Assembly: GCA_051251855.1 (NCBI GenBank) | Contig: JBPOGI010000002.1 | Location: 736,001-800,000 of the forward strand | Direction of reading: 5' to 3' | Length of the DNA: 64,000 bases | Source: Roseibacillus sp. | GTDB taxonomy: Bacteria > Verrucomicrobiota > Verrucomicrobiia > Verrucomicrobiales > Akkermansiaceae | Shown here: in pieces, positions 47,528 through 57,413 of the stretch | Position numbering within the stretch: the stretch's first letter is position 1 | Layout of the letters: each line of letters starts with the position of its first letter | Notes under the pieces: generated by a model | Databases searched by the model: none | What the model was told of the DNA's origin: nothing | The model's input: only the letters and a program-made list of their open reading frames with translations | Program-made: the position numbers and the translations under genes

Positions 47528-49273
47528 ATGAACTCAAAAAGGATAATTTGCAGAACGCTGCTTTCATTCGGTTTGGTGACAAGCTCCGGCTTTTCCCAGA
47601 CTCTTGTGAATTTGCTGCCAGACGATGTTGATATTTCTGCATCATTGACGACCTCCAAGCAGGTCGGAACGACTGTGGGGGCGGAGGCGTTTGTGGACGC
47701 TATTGCGACCGACACGACTTTCACTTCTGATAAAACTTACATCTTGAAGGATACCGTTTATGTGACCGATGGGGCGAAGTTGACCATCGAGGCTGGAACC
47801 AAGATTTACGGTGCTTCTTATGAAAATGGGGCGGGCACCGCTGATAACCAATTGGGTTCTATCGTGGTGACGCGGGGGGCTCAAATCGAGGTTCTGGGAA
47901 CAGCTACAAGTCCGGTGTTGATGACTACTCTCGATGCTTTGGAAGCGGAGCGGGGTAACGATATCGACGATGATTCTTTGACTGCGGCTGCTCCTACTGC
48001 GGAGACCGCTGGCCGTTGGGGTGGCTTGGTTGTGCTTGGAAACGCTTTCGTGGCGAACTGGAGCGACCCTGATTCCACTGCTGGAAACGGTGATGAGTTC
48101 AACCGCTTTGAGAAGTCAATCGAAGGCTTCGCGGGAGCAAACTTCGACGATGCGGACAGTGATGGCTTCAGTGACATCATCGAGTATGGAAGCGATGCCA
48201 ACAGCAACGCGGCCACCCTTGCAACGAACAATGCCGAGAGCTCAGGTATCATCCAGTATCTCTCGATTCGTCACGGTGGCTTCGCCCTTGCAGACGGCAA
48301 TGAAATTAACGGCTTGACCCTCGGTGGAGTGGGAAGTGGAACCGTCATCGACCACGTTGAGGTTGTTTCCAATGCTGATGATGGTGTCGAGTTCTTCGGC
48401 GGCACCGTGAGCACCAGCCACATGGTAGTGAGCTTCACTCAGGACGATGCCTTTGACATCGACCAGGGTCACAGCGGAACGCACCAGTTCTGGTTTGCGA
48501 TTTACGATTCCACCGACGGTGACCACGGCGGTGAGTGGGACGGAGTGGATGGTTACAAGGCTGATGGTCTTGGAAACTCTTCTCCAGTCATCCTCAATGC
48601 GACCTTCTTGGACGCAGGGAACTCGTCTTCGACAGAGGGCATTAAGTTCGATGACTACTTCGATGGCTTCCTGGTGAACAACGCGATTAGTGAATTCGGA
48701 TCGACCTTCGACCACGCGGGTGACGGATTCGGAGCTAATGTCGGCGTGTTCAACAACGTCTTCGGTGGCGCTTCGGATGCGAATAGCTACGACGCGAGCA
48801 ACAGCTTCAACGCTGCTTTAGGCCTCACCAGTGTGAGTGCTCTTCCTAACGGCTTGTTGGACCCACGTCCGACGAGCAGCTCAATTCTCCTTGATTCAAA
48901 CGGCACCGCCTTTGATGAGAGTGTGATTCCTGGTGCTGCAGTGGTTGATTACCGGGGAGCATTCAGCGCGACGGACCTTTGGGCCGATGGCTGGACCTTC
49001 CTCTCGGATAAGGGTTATTTCCCAGCAGAATCGAGTGACATTGAGATTGTGAGCTGTGCGAAAGTCGGAGGGAACTTCGAGATATCCTTCAATGGTGAGG
49101 TTGGAAAGACCTATCGCATCACCTACTCAACCACGCTTGCGGACGACTTCGTGAATGTGGTGTCAGGGCAGACTGGAATTGTCGGCGGTGCAGGTGTTTC
49201 CCGCACGTTCCCCATCCCAGGAGCAGCTGCGAAAATCTTCTTCCGTATCGAAGAAGAAGTGCCCGCTCCCTAA
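47528..49273 (+). CDS. Secreted acidic beta-rich protein of a TBDR-associated family, with FFR-type C-terminal tail
   Basis: Signal peptide, LTIEAGT, GRWGGLVVLGNA, SSGIIQYLSIRHGG, NEINGLTLGGVGSGT, DDGVEFFGG, DDAFDIDQG, YRGAF...WADGWT. Confidence 0.8.
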   Translation: MNSKRIICRTLLSFGLVTSSGFSQTLVNLLPDDVDISASLTTSKQVGTTVGAEAFVDAIATDTTFTSDKTYILKDTVYVTDGAKLTIEAGTKIYGASYENGAGTADNQLGSIVVTRGAQIEVLGTATSPVLMTTLDALEAERGNDIDDDSLTAAAPTAETAGRWGGLVVLGNAFVANWSDPDSTAGNGDEFNRFEKSIEGFAGANFDDADSDGFSDIIEYGSDANSNAATLATNNAESSGIIQYLSIRHGGFALADGNEINGLTLGGVGSGTVIDHVEVVSNADDGVEFFGGTVSTSHMVVSFTQDDAFDIDQGHSGTHQFWFAIYDSTDGDHGGEWDGVDGYKADGLGNSSPVILNATFLDAGNSSSTEGIKFDDYFDGFLVNNAISEFGSTFDHAGDGFGANVGVFNNVFGGASDANSYDASNSFNAALGLTSVSALPNGLLDPRPTSSSILLDSNGTAFDESVIPGAAVVDYRGAFSATDLWADGWTFLSDKGYFPAESSDIEIVSCAKVGGNFEISFNGEVGKTYRITYSTTLADDFVNVVSGQTGIVGGAGVSRTFPIPGAAAKIFFRIEEEVPAP

Positions 49274-49313
49274 GACAGAAAACTCTTATCTGCATTCTGG
49301 CAGGTAATCCAAC

Positions 49314-49353
49314 AGAGCCACTCCCTTTGGTCGGGGAGTGGCTCTCTTTTTTT
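49314..49353 (+). terminator. Rho-independent terminator
   Basis: AGAGCCACTCCC...GGGAGTGGCTCT 12-bp stem followed by T7. Confidence 0.9.
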
Positions 49354-49368
49354 CGCAAAGGGTTGTTT

Positions 49369-49406
49369 TGTGACTAAATCGTCACTTGGGAGTCATTGTC
49401 GGTGAC
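49369..49406. promoter_or_regulatory. TGTGAC-N6-GTCAC motif with further phased half-sites
   Basis: GTGAC 49370, GTCAC 49381, GTCAT 49392, GTGAC 49402 (11, 11, 10 nt spacing). Confidence 0.7.
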
Positions 49407-49432
49407 AGCACCCCTCACTATGTCCTCTTTCG

Positions 49433-50248
49433 ATGTTTTCTCTCAAGCAAGCGGGCTCCCTTTGTTTCGTTTCAAGTTTCTTGATGACGGTGCCTTTGAG
49501 TAGTCAAACGACTACAGCGGAACAGCACGTAGAATTGCGGGCTACGATTGAGCAATGGATGCAGGCGGTGGATAAATCACAAGCCCTCGAAAGTCAGTGG
49601 TCTCTTGAGAGATCGGTGTTGGAAGACTCAATTGTGGGTTTGCAAGGGATGTTGGAGCAGGCGGCAGTGGAAGTTGCGACCGTGGAAGGTCGGCTGGCGA
49701 CGGCAGATGAGGATTCGCAGGAGAAAATCGCGCAGCAAAACGAGTTCAACGAGGCGCGGGAAGTATTGAAGAAGGGTCTCGCTCCGGTAGAGGCGGAAGT
49801 GGCAGCAGTGGTGCCGTTGTTTCCGGATTTTTACGTGAATGGGGAGGATGGCTCCTCCAAGTTGAAGGCCTCGATCGAGGCCCTAGAGAAGCATCGTCAG
49901 GAAGAGCCGGGTGATAAGGAGAAGTTGGGCCTCAATGGGCGTATCCAGCCCTTGGTGCAAATTCTTACTGAGGCGGAGCGCTTTCATGGCAAGTTGTGGG
50001 CGGTCACTCATTCTTTGAAGGTGGGAGAAGTGGATAAGCAGATGGACGTGCTCTACTTTGGCCTCTCGGTGGCCTATGCGGTGGATGATGGGGCCACCAT
50101 TGCATTGGAGGGACGCAGTTCCCCAGAAGGTTGGAATTTTACCGAGATGAGCGGAGAGGAAATCGCGCTGAAGGTCCAGACTCTCTACAAGGCGGCGGAT
50201 GGTTCTGGTGAGTCCCAGATGGTGTCGCTTCCTCTTGCTCTCGACTAG
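49433..50248 (+). CDS. DUF3450-like (TtpB-like) periplasmic coiled-coil protein
   Basis: Signal peptide, coiled coil, C-terminal MDVLYFGLSVAYAV...GW...VSLPL; first gene of the TonB operon. Confidence 0.75.
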   Translation: MFSLKQAGSLCFVSSFLMTVPLSSQTTTAEQHVELRATIEQWMQAVDKSQALESQWSLERSVLEDSIVGLQGMLEQAAVEVATVEGRLATADEDSQEKIAQQNEFNEAREVLKKGLAPVEAEVAAVVPLFPDFYVNGEDGSSKLKASIEALEKHRQEEPGDKEKLGLNGRIQPLVQILTEAERFHGKLWAVTHSLKVGEVDKQMDVLYFGLSVAYAVDDGATIALEGRSSPEGWNFTEMSGEEIALKVQTLYKAADGSGESQMVSLPLALD

Positions 50249-50284
50249 TACTTTCAACCTCTTGCGAAAGAGGTTTCTGATACC

Positions 50285-51739
50285 ATGAAATTCTTTTCTA
50301 TTCTTTTTGTTCCTTTCTTTTGTTCGTCTTTGGCTGTGATGGGGCAGGTTTCCAGTGGGGAGGCGCTGCAGAAGGCACGCAACAATTTGGCGGCCGCTCA
50401 GCGCGAGTTCAACGAGATGCAGCAGGCGATCGCGCAGGAAGAAAGTCCTCTGGTGGTGCAGGTGCAGACTCTGGAAGAGGAGCTTCGGCTGCGGGAAAAA
50501 AAGTTGCGTGAGCTCGAGACTCAGGAGATGCAGATTGCTGGGAAGGAAAAGCGACTCAACAATGAGTTGGCGAGTCGCAGGGGGGAGTTTGATTACACCC
50601 GCAATGTGCTCGATGGGTATGCGAAGGGGTTTCTAAACCGCGTGCAGCCCTCGGAGGTGCAGCTCTATCAAGAGAAAGTGGAAGCGGCGCGCCAGGATGC
50701 GGCGAATGAGAAGAATCTTGCCAAGGAAATGGAGGCCCGCCTGGAAGCCTTGCTGGTGGGCGCCAAGCGCTTGCAAGAGGTCGCGGGAGGACAGCGGTTT
50801 GAGGGGCGAGGCTTGGTCGGTTCGGACTTTGTGAACGGTGATTTTGCGGTGATGGGGCCGGTGGGGTATTTTTCGGCAAAAGGAAAACCGCAGAGCGGGT
50901 TGACGGGGATTGCGAGCAACGGATTTCCCCAGATTGCACTGTTTGAAGGGGAAGAGGCGCAGCAGATGAAGACTCTAGTTGAAACTGGGAGTGCGACTCT
51001 GCCCATTGATGCCACGAGTGGAAAGGCGCTCAAGGCGAAGACCGAGACTCCCACTTTGGCGGATCGAATTGAGGATGGCGGAGTGGTCGGGTATGCGATT
51101 TTGGCGCTGGGGGCGGTGGCTCTTTTGATTGCGCTCTTCAAGTTTATTGAGATTACGAATTTCTATATTCCGAGCCGAAAGCGGGTGAACGATATCTTGG
51201 AGTCGCTCTTGGACAAAGACCAAGAGAGTGCTTTTGAGAAGGCGAAGAAAATTCGGGGCCTTTCCGGAAGGATGGTCACCGCGGGGGTAGAGAATTTTTA
51301 CAGCAAGCGCAGGATTCTGGAGGATGCCCTTTTGGAGCGCTTGAGTGCGATTCAGCCGAGGTTGGAGCGCTTTCTTCCTTTCTTGGCTTTGGTGGCGGCG
51401 GCGGCACCGATGATGGGTCTGTTAGGAACAGTGCTGGGGATTATGAAAACCTTCGATGCCATGGCGATTTATGGGACGGGGAATGCACAGAATTTCTCGA
51501 AAGGAATTGGCGCGGCCTTGGTGACGACTGCGCAGGGATTGGTAGTGGCGATTCCGATTATCATTATTCACGGCATGTTGAAGAGTCTGGCGCGGGCGCG
51601 GTTCGATACTGCGCAGGGAGTGGCTTTGGCGGTGCTGAATGGAACGACCGAATTGGTTGAAGGCGATAAGCCGGAGAAGAAAGAAAAGGACTCTTCTGAG
51701 GAGGAAGATTTCGACGAGCAAGAATTGGCACCAGCTTAA
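50285..51739 (+). CDS. Large MotA/TolQ/ExbB protein (TtpC-like)
   Basis: Signal peptide, coiled coil, LPIDATSG, GGVVGYAI, AAAAPMMGLLGTVLG, GIGAALVTTAQGL. Confidence 0.9.
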   Translation: MKFFSILFVPFFCSSLAVMGQVSSGEALQKARNNLAAAQREFNEMQQAIAQEESPLVVQVQTLEEELRLREKKLRELETQEMQIAGKEKRLNNELASRRGEFDYTRNVLDGYAKGFLNRVQPSEVQLYQEKVEAARQDAANEKNLAKEMEARLEALLVGAKRLQEVAGGQRFEGRGLVGSDFVNGDFAVMGPVGYFSAKGKPQSGLTGIASNGFPQIALFEGEEAQQMKTLVETGSATLPIDATSGKALKAKTETPTLADRIEDGGVVGYAILALGAVALLIALFKFIEITNFYIPSRKRVNDILESLLDKDQESAFEKAKKIRGLSGRMVTAGVENFYSKRRILEDALLERLSAIQPRLERFLPFLALVAAAAPMMGLLGTVLGIMKTFDAMAIYGTGNAQNFSKGIGAALVTTAQGLVVAIPIIIIHGMLKSLARARFDTAQGVALAVLNGTTELVEGDKPEKKEKDSSEEEDFDEQELAPA

Positions 51740-51745
51740 CGAACG

Positions 51746-52345
51746 ATGGGAGCAAACTTACAGGAGGTCTTTGATATTTTTCGCAACGGGGGGCCAGTGA
51801 TGGCGGCTTTGGCGGGGGTGGCGCTGTTGCTTTATATTACTTCGATTGCGGCGGTGATTTATGTCTTGAAGGGCAACCTGACAACGGCTCGCCGGGGAGA
51901 GTGGGAACGCTGGATTGAGAATCCGGAAGAGGCAGAAGGCCGTTTGGGAGAGATTATTCGTTATGCGGTGAATGGGCCTCGTCTTTCGGTGAAGCGGGTG
52001 CAGCGGCGGTTCGATGAGGTGTTTGATGTGTTGGTGCGGTCGGTGGATCAGCGCTTGATTATTATTACGACCTTGATTGCGGCGGCGCCAATGACGGGGC
52101 TGCTCGGGACGGTGATGGGGATGTTGGCGATGTTCGATGGCTTGGGGGCTGGAGGGGGGAAGCAGAGTATGGAGATGATTTCGGCGGGAATGAAGGAGGC
52201 TCTTTTTACCACCCTCACGGGTCTGGTGATTGCTTTGCCGGGAATGTTTTTCGCCCTGGTCATTCGGGAGCGTCGCAACGAGATGGCGACGGTGTTGAGT
52301 CAGCTACAGGCGGCGATTGTTACCACCAAATTTAAATCAATCTAA
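51746..52345 (+). CDS. exbB: MotA/TolQ/ExbB proton channel protein
   Basis: GGPVM, AAAPMTGLLGTVMGM, GMKEALFTTLTGL. Confidence 0.9.
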   Translation: MGANLQEVFDIFRNGGPVMAALAGVALLLYITSIAAVIYVLKGNLTTARRGEWERWIENPEEAEGRLGEIIRYAVNGPRLSVKRVQRRFDEVFDVLVRSVDQRLIIITTLIAAAPMTGLLGTVMGMLAMFDGLGAGGGKQSMEMISAGMKEALFTTLTGLVIALPGMFFALVIRERRNEMATVLSQLQAAIVTTKFKSI

Positions 52346-52767
52346 TGTTACGCGACGGACCATCCCTGGCTGGCGGCGACGAGGAGGCGAAGCCTGACCT
52401 CTCGCCCATGATCGACTGTGTCTTTATCCTGCTAATTTTCTTTATCGTGACCACGGTGTTCGTGAAGGAACCCAAGGTGCCGGTGGATGATCCGGCGGCG
52501 ATAACGGCGGATGCGTTGGAGAAGAATAGTATCATTTTCGCAGTCACGGCGGATAACAAAGTGTTTTACGATGGCAAAAGCATCGGGCTCGCGGGGGTGC
52601 AGCAGGTGGTGACTCCGCTGTTGTTAGAGAAAGCGGATCCCGAGGATGCGCATGTCATTATTAAGGGCGACAGCACTGCGCATGCAGGGTTGGTCGATGA
52701 TGTTGGCAAGGAGTGTCTTACCGCCGGGGTGGCGAAGCACCGAATCACGACTTCTACTGAAAGCTAA
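52345..52767 (+). CDS. exbD: Biopolymer transport protein ExbD
   Basis: DLSPMIDCVFILLIFFIVTT; TAATG coupling to exbB. Confidence 0.9.
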   Translation: MLRDGPSLAGGDEEAKPDLSPMIDCVFILLIFFIVTTVFVKEPKVPVDDPAAITADALEKNSIIFAVTADNKVFYDGKSIGLAGVQQVVTPLLLEKADPEDAHVIIKGDSTAHAGLVDDVGKECLTAGVAKHRITTSTES

Positions 52768-53177
52768 TGTTTGGACGAGGCAGATTAGGGCACGATGAGG
52801 AGGGTGATCCGGAACCGGATCTATCGCCCATGATCGACTGTGTCTTTATTCTACTGATCTTCTTCATCGTGACGGCGGTCTTTGTTGAGGAGGACGGGGT
52901 GCCCTTGCCACTGCCGGAGGACTCAAGTGCGGTTTCTTCGGTTCAGGACAAGGTGACGGTGGTTTTTACACTAGCGCAGGACAATGCGGTGGTTCACGAG
53001 GGAAAGCGGGTTTCGATGGATTCGATCGGCACGATTGTGCGCAACGCGCTGTCGCAGGATGAGGAGGCTCCGGTGATTATCCAGAGCCATCCCCAGGCCC
53101 AGCATGGGGTCCGGACTCGGGTCTACGATGAGGTGCGGCAGGCGGGAGCCGAGTTGGTCACTTTCACACAGGGATAA
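52767..53177 (+). CDS. exbD: Biopolymer transport protein ExbD (second copy)
   Basis: DLSPMIDCVFILLIFFIVTA; TAATG coupling. Confidence 0.9.
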   Translation: MFGRGRLGHDEEGDPEPDLSPMIDCVFILLIFFIVTAVFVEEDGVPLPLPEDSSAVSSVQDKVTVVFTLAQDNAVVHEGKRVSMDSIGTIVRNALSQDEEAPVIIQSHPQAQHGVRTRVYDEVRQAGAELVTFTQG

Positions 53178-53182
53178 GAACG

Positions 53183-53854
53183 ATGAGCCGACTTTCTACC
53201 AGACACGTTTATCGCCCTCCCAAGTCGAATCGACCGCTCAATATTGCGGCGGCAGTGGTAGGGGGATTGGTGTTTACGTTTTTGGTCTTTTACGTGATTC
53301 CTCTCATGCAGAAATTGGAGGGGGAAAAGGAGACCAAGACCTCGGTGTTGGAGGTGGCTCAGATTGAAGAGGCGCCGGATGAATTTGAGGTCGAGGAAGA
53401 ACCACCGCCGCCTGAGGATGAGCCCGAGCCCGAGCCCGAGCTAGTCTTGGAGACCGAGCCGATGGAGATACCCGATATTCCGTTCAATATGGGAGCAGGG
53501 ACTCCGGGAAAGATGCTCTTGAATCTGAAGCCCAACTTCGATGTCGCGAATGACCCTGATGCGCTGGGAGGCAGTGACCTCGATACTCCGCCGCGTCCCA
53601 CGAGCAAGCCGCAGCCACGGTATCCCAAGGATCTTCTGAATAAGAAGCAAGGGGGACGGGTGATCGTTCTCGTGACGGTGGACGAGCGGGGGACGGTGAC
53701 AAATGCTTCTGTAAAGGAGAGTTCGGGTTATCAAGCGTTGGACGCGGCCGCGCTTAATGCGGCCAAGCGATGGAAATTTAAACCTGGGATTAAAGGCGGC
53801 CGCAAGGCGGTGATGACTGCCAAGATTCCGTTCAACTTTCGGGTAAAAACATGA
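53183..53854 (+). CDS. tonB: Energy transducer TonB
   Basis: N-terminal TM, EPPPPEDEPEPEPE linker, PRYP...GRV...VDERG...LDAAA...WKFKP. Confidence 0.9.
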   Translation: MSRLSTRHVYRPPKSNRPLNIAAAVVGGLVFTFLVFYVIPLMQKLEGEKETKTSVLEVAQIEEAPDEFEVEEEPPPPEDEPEPEPELVLETEPMEIPDIPFNMGAGTPGKMLLNLKPNFDVANDPDALGGSDLDTPPRPTSKPQPRYPKDLLNKKQGGRVIVLVTVDERGTVTNASVKESSGYQALDAAALNAAKRWKFKPGIKGGRKAVMTAKIPFNFRVKT

Positions 53855-55386
53855 TGAGAATACTAATTTTAGGAGCATTACTTGTGAGCCCTCTGGCGGC
53901 GGATCCTTTGCGGGTGCCGAAGGAGCAATTTCGTAGTCCAGAATTTATCAAGGGCTTCGTGGGGGCTTACGGTTTTTTATCTCCGGTCGAGCCCAAGGTG
54001 GATCGGGAAGAGAACGAATTGCTGGCAGAGCTGGCGGATTTGTTTTCGGATGCGCGCTTTCGGGAAGCCGAGGGTGAAATTGTCAACTTCATCAAGCAGC
54101 GCAAGAATCCCACGGAAGAGGGGGTGGAGCCCAAGGAGGTCAGTCCGGCGCTTATTTTTCAATTGGCGCAGCTCTACTATATGAATGACCGCACTTCAGA
54201 TGCGGAGCGTGCTTATAAGTTGGCAATTAAGGGGCATCCCGATTTTCGGCGAGCCCATAAGTATCTCGCATTATTATATGCGAGCCAGGACCGGACTCTC
54301 GATGCCTTGCCGCATTTGAAGAAGGCGATTCAACTGGGGGAAGCGGACCAGTTGATTTACGGTCTGTTAGGTTATGCTTACACGCAGCAGGAAAAGCCCT
54401 TGGCGGCTGAGGCGGCGTATCGTCAGGCCTATCTGTTGAATCCTGATGAGCCACAGTGGCGCTCGGGTTTGACGCTTTCTCTCTATCAGCAGGAGAAGTG
54501 GCCCGAGGCCTCGGCGATGTTGGGAGATTTGTTGTCCTCTACCCCAGAGGCGACGGATTTCTGGAAGATGCAGGCGAACTGTTTCTTAAATATGGGGCAG
54601 CCTTTGCGGGCGGCGGAGAACTTCGAGGTGATGCGATTGAAAGGGCTCGCCGATGCCACCACGCTCAATACTTTGGGTGATATTTATACCGACCAGAAGA
54701 AGCCAGTGCTGGCACTGGGAGCCTACTTGGCGGCCATGAGTTCGGATGAAAGTCTGGATGCGGAGCGGAGTCTGAGAACGGCGAAGATTTTGGCAGACTT
54801 TGGCGCTCCACGAGAGGCGGCGAAGTTTATCGGGGCGTTGCGGGAGAAGAAGGGAAGCAAGCTGACCCGCAGTCAAGAGGTGAAGTTTCAGCTCATCGAC
54901 ATCAAGATTGCCAAGGAGTCGAACGATTTGCCGAAAGTCGCCGCACTGGTGCGCACATTGTTAGATTTGGAGCCGATGAACGGGGAGGCTCTGGTGGAAA
55001 ACGGGATTCTTCATGAGCAACTGGCGGAGACTGCGGACTCGGAGGAGGATGAGATTCGCTTGCGGGGTAAAGCTCAGGCGCAGTTCAAGCTCGCGATGAA
55101 AAACGAGGATAGCCAAATCCAGTATCTGGCGAATCGGAGTTTTGGGCAGATGCTGGTGAGGCAGCGGGAATTTGAGGATGCTCTTCCTTATTTGGAAAGG
55201 GCTCTCGATACCAAGCCGACCGATGGCCTGGCACGCTTTGTGAAGCAGGTGACCGTTTTTGCGGAGCGCCAGAAGGAACGCCGTGCCAAGGAGGGTGCCG
55301 AGCGAGAAGTGATGTTGGAAGAGAAGGAGAAGAACAAGGCCGCCAAAGAGGAGGCTCAAAAGAAGGAAGAAAGTGATGAGAAATAG
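53851..55386 (+). CDS. Periplasmic tetratricopeptide-repeat protein (TtpD-like position)
   Basis: Signal peptide and multiple TPR-like helical repeats (AERAYKLAI, ALPHLKKAI, AEAAYRQAY, ALPYLERAL). Confidence 0.85.
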   Translation: MMRILILGALLVSPLAADPLRVPKEQFRSPEFIKGFVGAYGFLSPVEPKVDREENELLAELADLFSDARFREAEGEIVNFIKQRKNPTEEGVEPKEVSPALIFQLAQLYYMNDRTSDAERAYKLAIKGHPDFRRAHKYLALLYASQDRTLDALPHLKKAIQLGEADQLIYGLLGYAYTQQEKPLAAEAAYRQAYLLNPDEPQWRSGLTLSLYQQEKWPEASAMLGDLLSSTPEATDFWKMQANCFLNMGQPLRAAENFEVMRLKGLADATTLNTLGDIYTDQKKPVLALGAYLAAMSSDESLDAERSLRTAKILADFGAPREAAKFIGALREKKGSKLTRSQEVKFQLIDIKIAKESNDLPKVAALVRTLLDLEPMNGEALVENGILHEQLAETADSEEDEIRLRGKAQAQFKLAMKNEDSQIQYLANRSFGQMLVRQREFEDALPYLERALDTKPTDGLARFVKQVTVFAERQKERRAKEGAEREVMLEEKEKNKAAKEEAQKKEESDEK

Positions 55387-56692
55387 TGTTTTGGTAGGTT
55401 CGAGAATAGTCATTGGGTTAAGTGTGTTGTTTATGTGTGACTCGACGGCCAATGAGGCACTGGATCTTCTCGAAGGGAAAATTTCGGCAGAAGAGGTGAC
55501 CGTGACTGAACTCTTGAAGGAGAAGAAGGAGGAGTCGGTTGAAGCAGAGTGGAAGAAGAAGGAGAAGGTGTTGCGCGATGATCGTGACTATTCTCAGCGT
55601 TGGAAGAATCGGCTCGCTCCTATTGGGGTCGTTTACGAGAATGGGGATAATCCATTGGTCCAGAGAGTGGCCATTGACGGGCTCGCGGAGTGGGGAATCA
55701 CGGCGGGTGAGATTGAGCCTGATCGTGGTGCGACAACGAAGCTGAACGACAGTCAACTCAAGCGGTTACGCTTGGGGGGGATGATGCGTGCTTTTTACAA
55801 CACGGATTTGGAGGGGCGCGTGGTGGCAGATGGCGATGGATATCAGGGAGTGGATACTTTGAAAGCGACGGTGCAGGTGAATGAAGCTTTGACGGTGGAG
55901 GCGGGAAAGTTTCGGCCGCCCTTTAGTCAGGAATATCGGCAAGATCCGAATGTGAGGGTGGCTCCTGGGTTGTCTCCCATTGTGGCCCAAATGGCACCGA
56001 GTAATACGATGGGCGTTCGGGTGGGGGTGGTGAATGGTCCGTGGGAAGCGGGACTAGGGTGGTTTAGCGGTGACCTTGATAAGAATATCCCTGGCTTTGA
56101 TGGAGGTGGATTCGTCTTGGCAAACTTGAGCTACACTTTCGACGGAGAGTTGGTGGTGGGTTGGGAAGACGAAGACGCGGTGGCTCCTCCGGGGCATCAA
56201 CGTTGGCACCTCGACTATCTCTACAATACTTCAGAGAAAGAGGGGGGGAGCTTGCCGAACAGCTATCGCCATCTGGTGTCCACCGGGATTGAGGTGAGCA
56301 GTGGTGACTTTGACTTTGGAGGTGATTTTTTGCTCGCGAATGGAGACGTCGATACTGCTTGGGGGATGACGCTGACGGGGCGCTACTGGCTGGTGGAGGA
56401 TGCGATTCGGATGGTGGGGCGTTACAATTATGCCGATACCGATGACCCCGGGGGGCTTTCGGTGGGCTACGGAGTGCCCGGTGCTTTGGGAGATAGCACG
56501 CAGCCATTGTTAGGGTATTCGAATGTGCTGCAAGGAGACGAATTTCATTCCTTTTACCTGGGCCTCGATTGGCATGTCTTGCAGGACTATCTGATGTTTT
56601 CGACCGGGGTGGAGTTGAAGCTTCTGAAAGATGAAATCAATGGAGATAATTCAGGACTTTTCTGGCACACCGGAGGTCGAGCCGCATTTTAA
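55373..56692 (+). CDS. Phosphate-selective porin O/P-like outer-membrane protein
   Basis: KRLRLG, AGKFRPPFSQE, amphipathic beta strands, FYLGLDW, C-terminal F. Confidence 0.65.
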   Translation: MMRNSVLVGSRIVIGLSVLFMCDSTANEALDLLEGKISAEEVTVTELLKEKKEESVEAEWKKKEKVLRDDRDYSQRWKNRLAPIGVVYENGDNPLVQRVAIDGLAEWGITAGEIEPDRGATTKLNDSQLKRLRLGGMMRAFYNTDLEGRVVADGDGYQGVDTLKATVQVNEALTVEAGKFRPPFSQEYRQDPNVRVAPGLSPIVAQMAPSNTMGVRVGVVNGPWEAGLGWFSGDLDKNIPGFDGGGFVLANLSYTFDGELVVGWEDEDAVAPPGHQRWHLDYLYNTSEKEGGSLPNSYRHLVSTGIEVSSGDFDFGGDFLLANGDVDTAWGMTLTGRYWLVEDAIRMVGRYNYADTDDPGGLSVGYGVPGALGDSTQPLLGYSNVLQGDEFHSFYLGLDWHVLQDYLMFSTGVELKLLKDEINGDNSGLFWHTGGRAAF

Positions 56693-56727
56693 GAACACAA
56701 ATTAAACTTACTCAAAAAATAATTACC

Positions 56728-57333
56728 ATGAAACTAGTAGCAATTCTTATCGCGGTCGGATTTTCCGGTCTCAGTTCTGCCTTTGGGCTTGGCATTGATG
56801 TCGAGAGCTTGGGTCAAAGCCTTAACGGTTGGTCAAAAAAGCGGACGGCGTCGTACACCATGGATAGTCAAAGTTATCGCACCCACGTGCCCACCGTGAC
56901 TCAGAATCTCGATGGCGGGATTTTCGTCTCGATGCGGGTGGAGCACCTCTCGGCGGTGCGTCCTGATGCGACGGCGTATCTAGAACTGACTTTTACCCCC
57001 AGTGGATATGTCGGTGCTTCTCAGATTCGGCTGACGATGAACGGCAAGAAATACGATACCGGTCAAGTCCTTCGAGAACAGGAGCAGGCTTTGGCAGAGG
57101 ATGAGATCGGTTCCAAGGATTGGCGCACCACTCATATGAAGATGGTGTTGGACCTGTTCAGCAAATTGGATGCGGAGTTTGCGAAGGAAGAAGGGGAGGA
57201 GAAAAAAGGGAAACGTGACCTCTGGGGTCGCTTGAATGGCTCACGCTTGGATGAGTCCGATGTTTCGGCGGCTTTACGGCACAATTTGAACCTGCTCTTG
57301 TCGAATGTGGGTCACCACTTTGGCGGGAAGTAG
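56728..57333 (+). CDS. Hypothetical exported protein
   Basis: Signal-peptide-like N-terminus; co-oriented with the operon. Confidence 0.7.
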   Translation: MKLVAILIAVGFSGLSSAFGLGIDVESLGQSLNGWSKKRTASYTMDSQSYRTHVPTVTQNLDGGIFVSMRVEHLSAVRPDATAYLELTFTPSGYVGASQIRLTMNGKKYDTGQVLREQEQALAEDEIGSKDWRTTHMKMVLDLFSKLDAEFAKEEGEEKKGKRDLWGRLNGSRLDESDVSAALRHNLNLLLSNVGHHFGGK

Positions 57334-57413
57334 CCCTTAGTTTGACGGCTCTAGATAAATTATGTTTTTCTGTTAGCCAGTTCGGTGCCTTTTGAGATAG
57401 CTTAAGAGGACGA

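Noticed and set aside
43553..49386. Reading the TGTGA...TCAC motif as a CRP site
   Set aside because: The spacer is 8 nt rather than 6 in all three copies.
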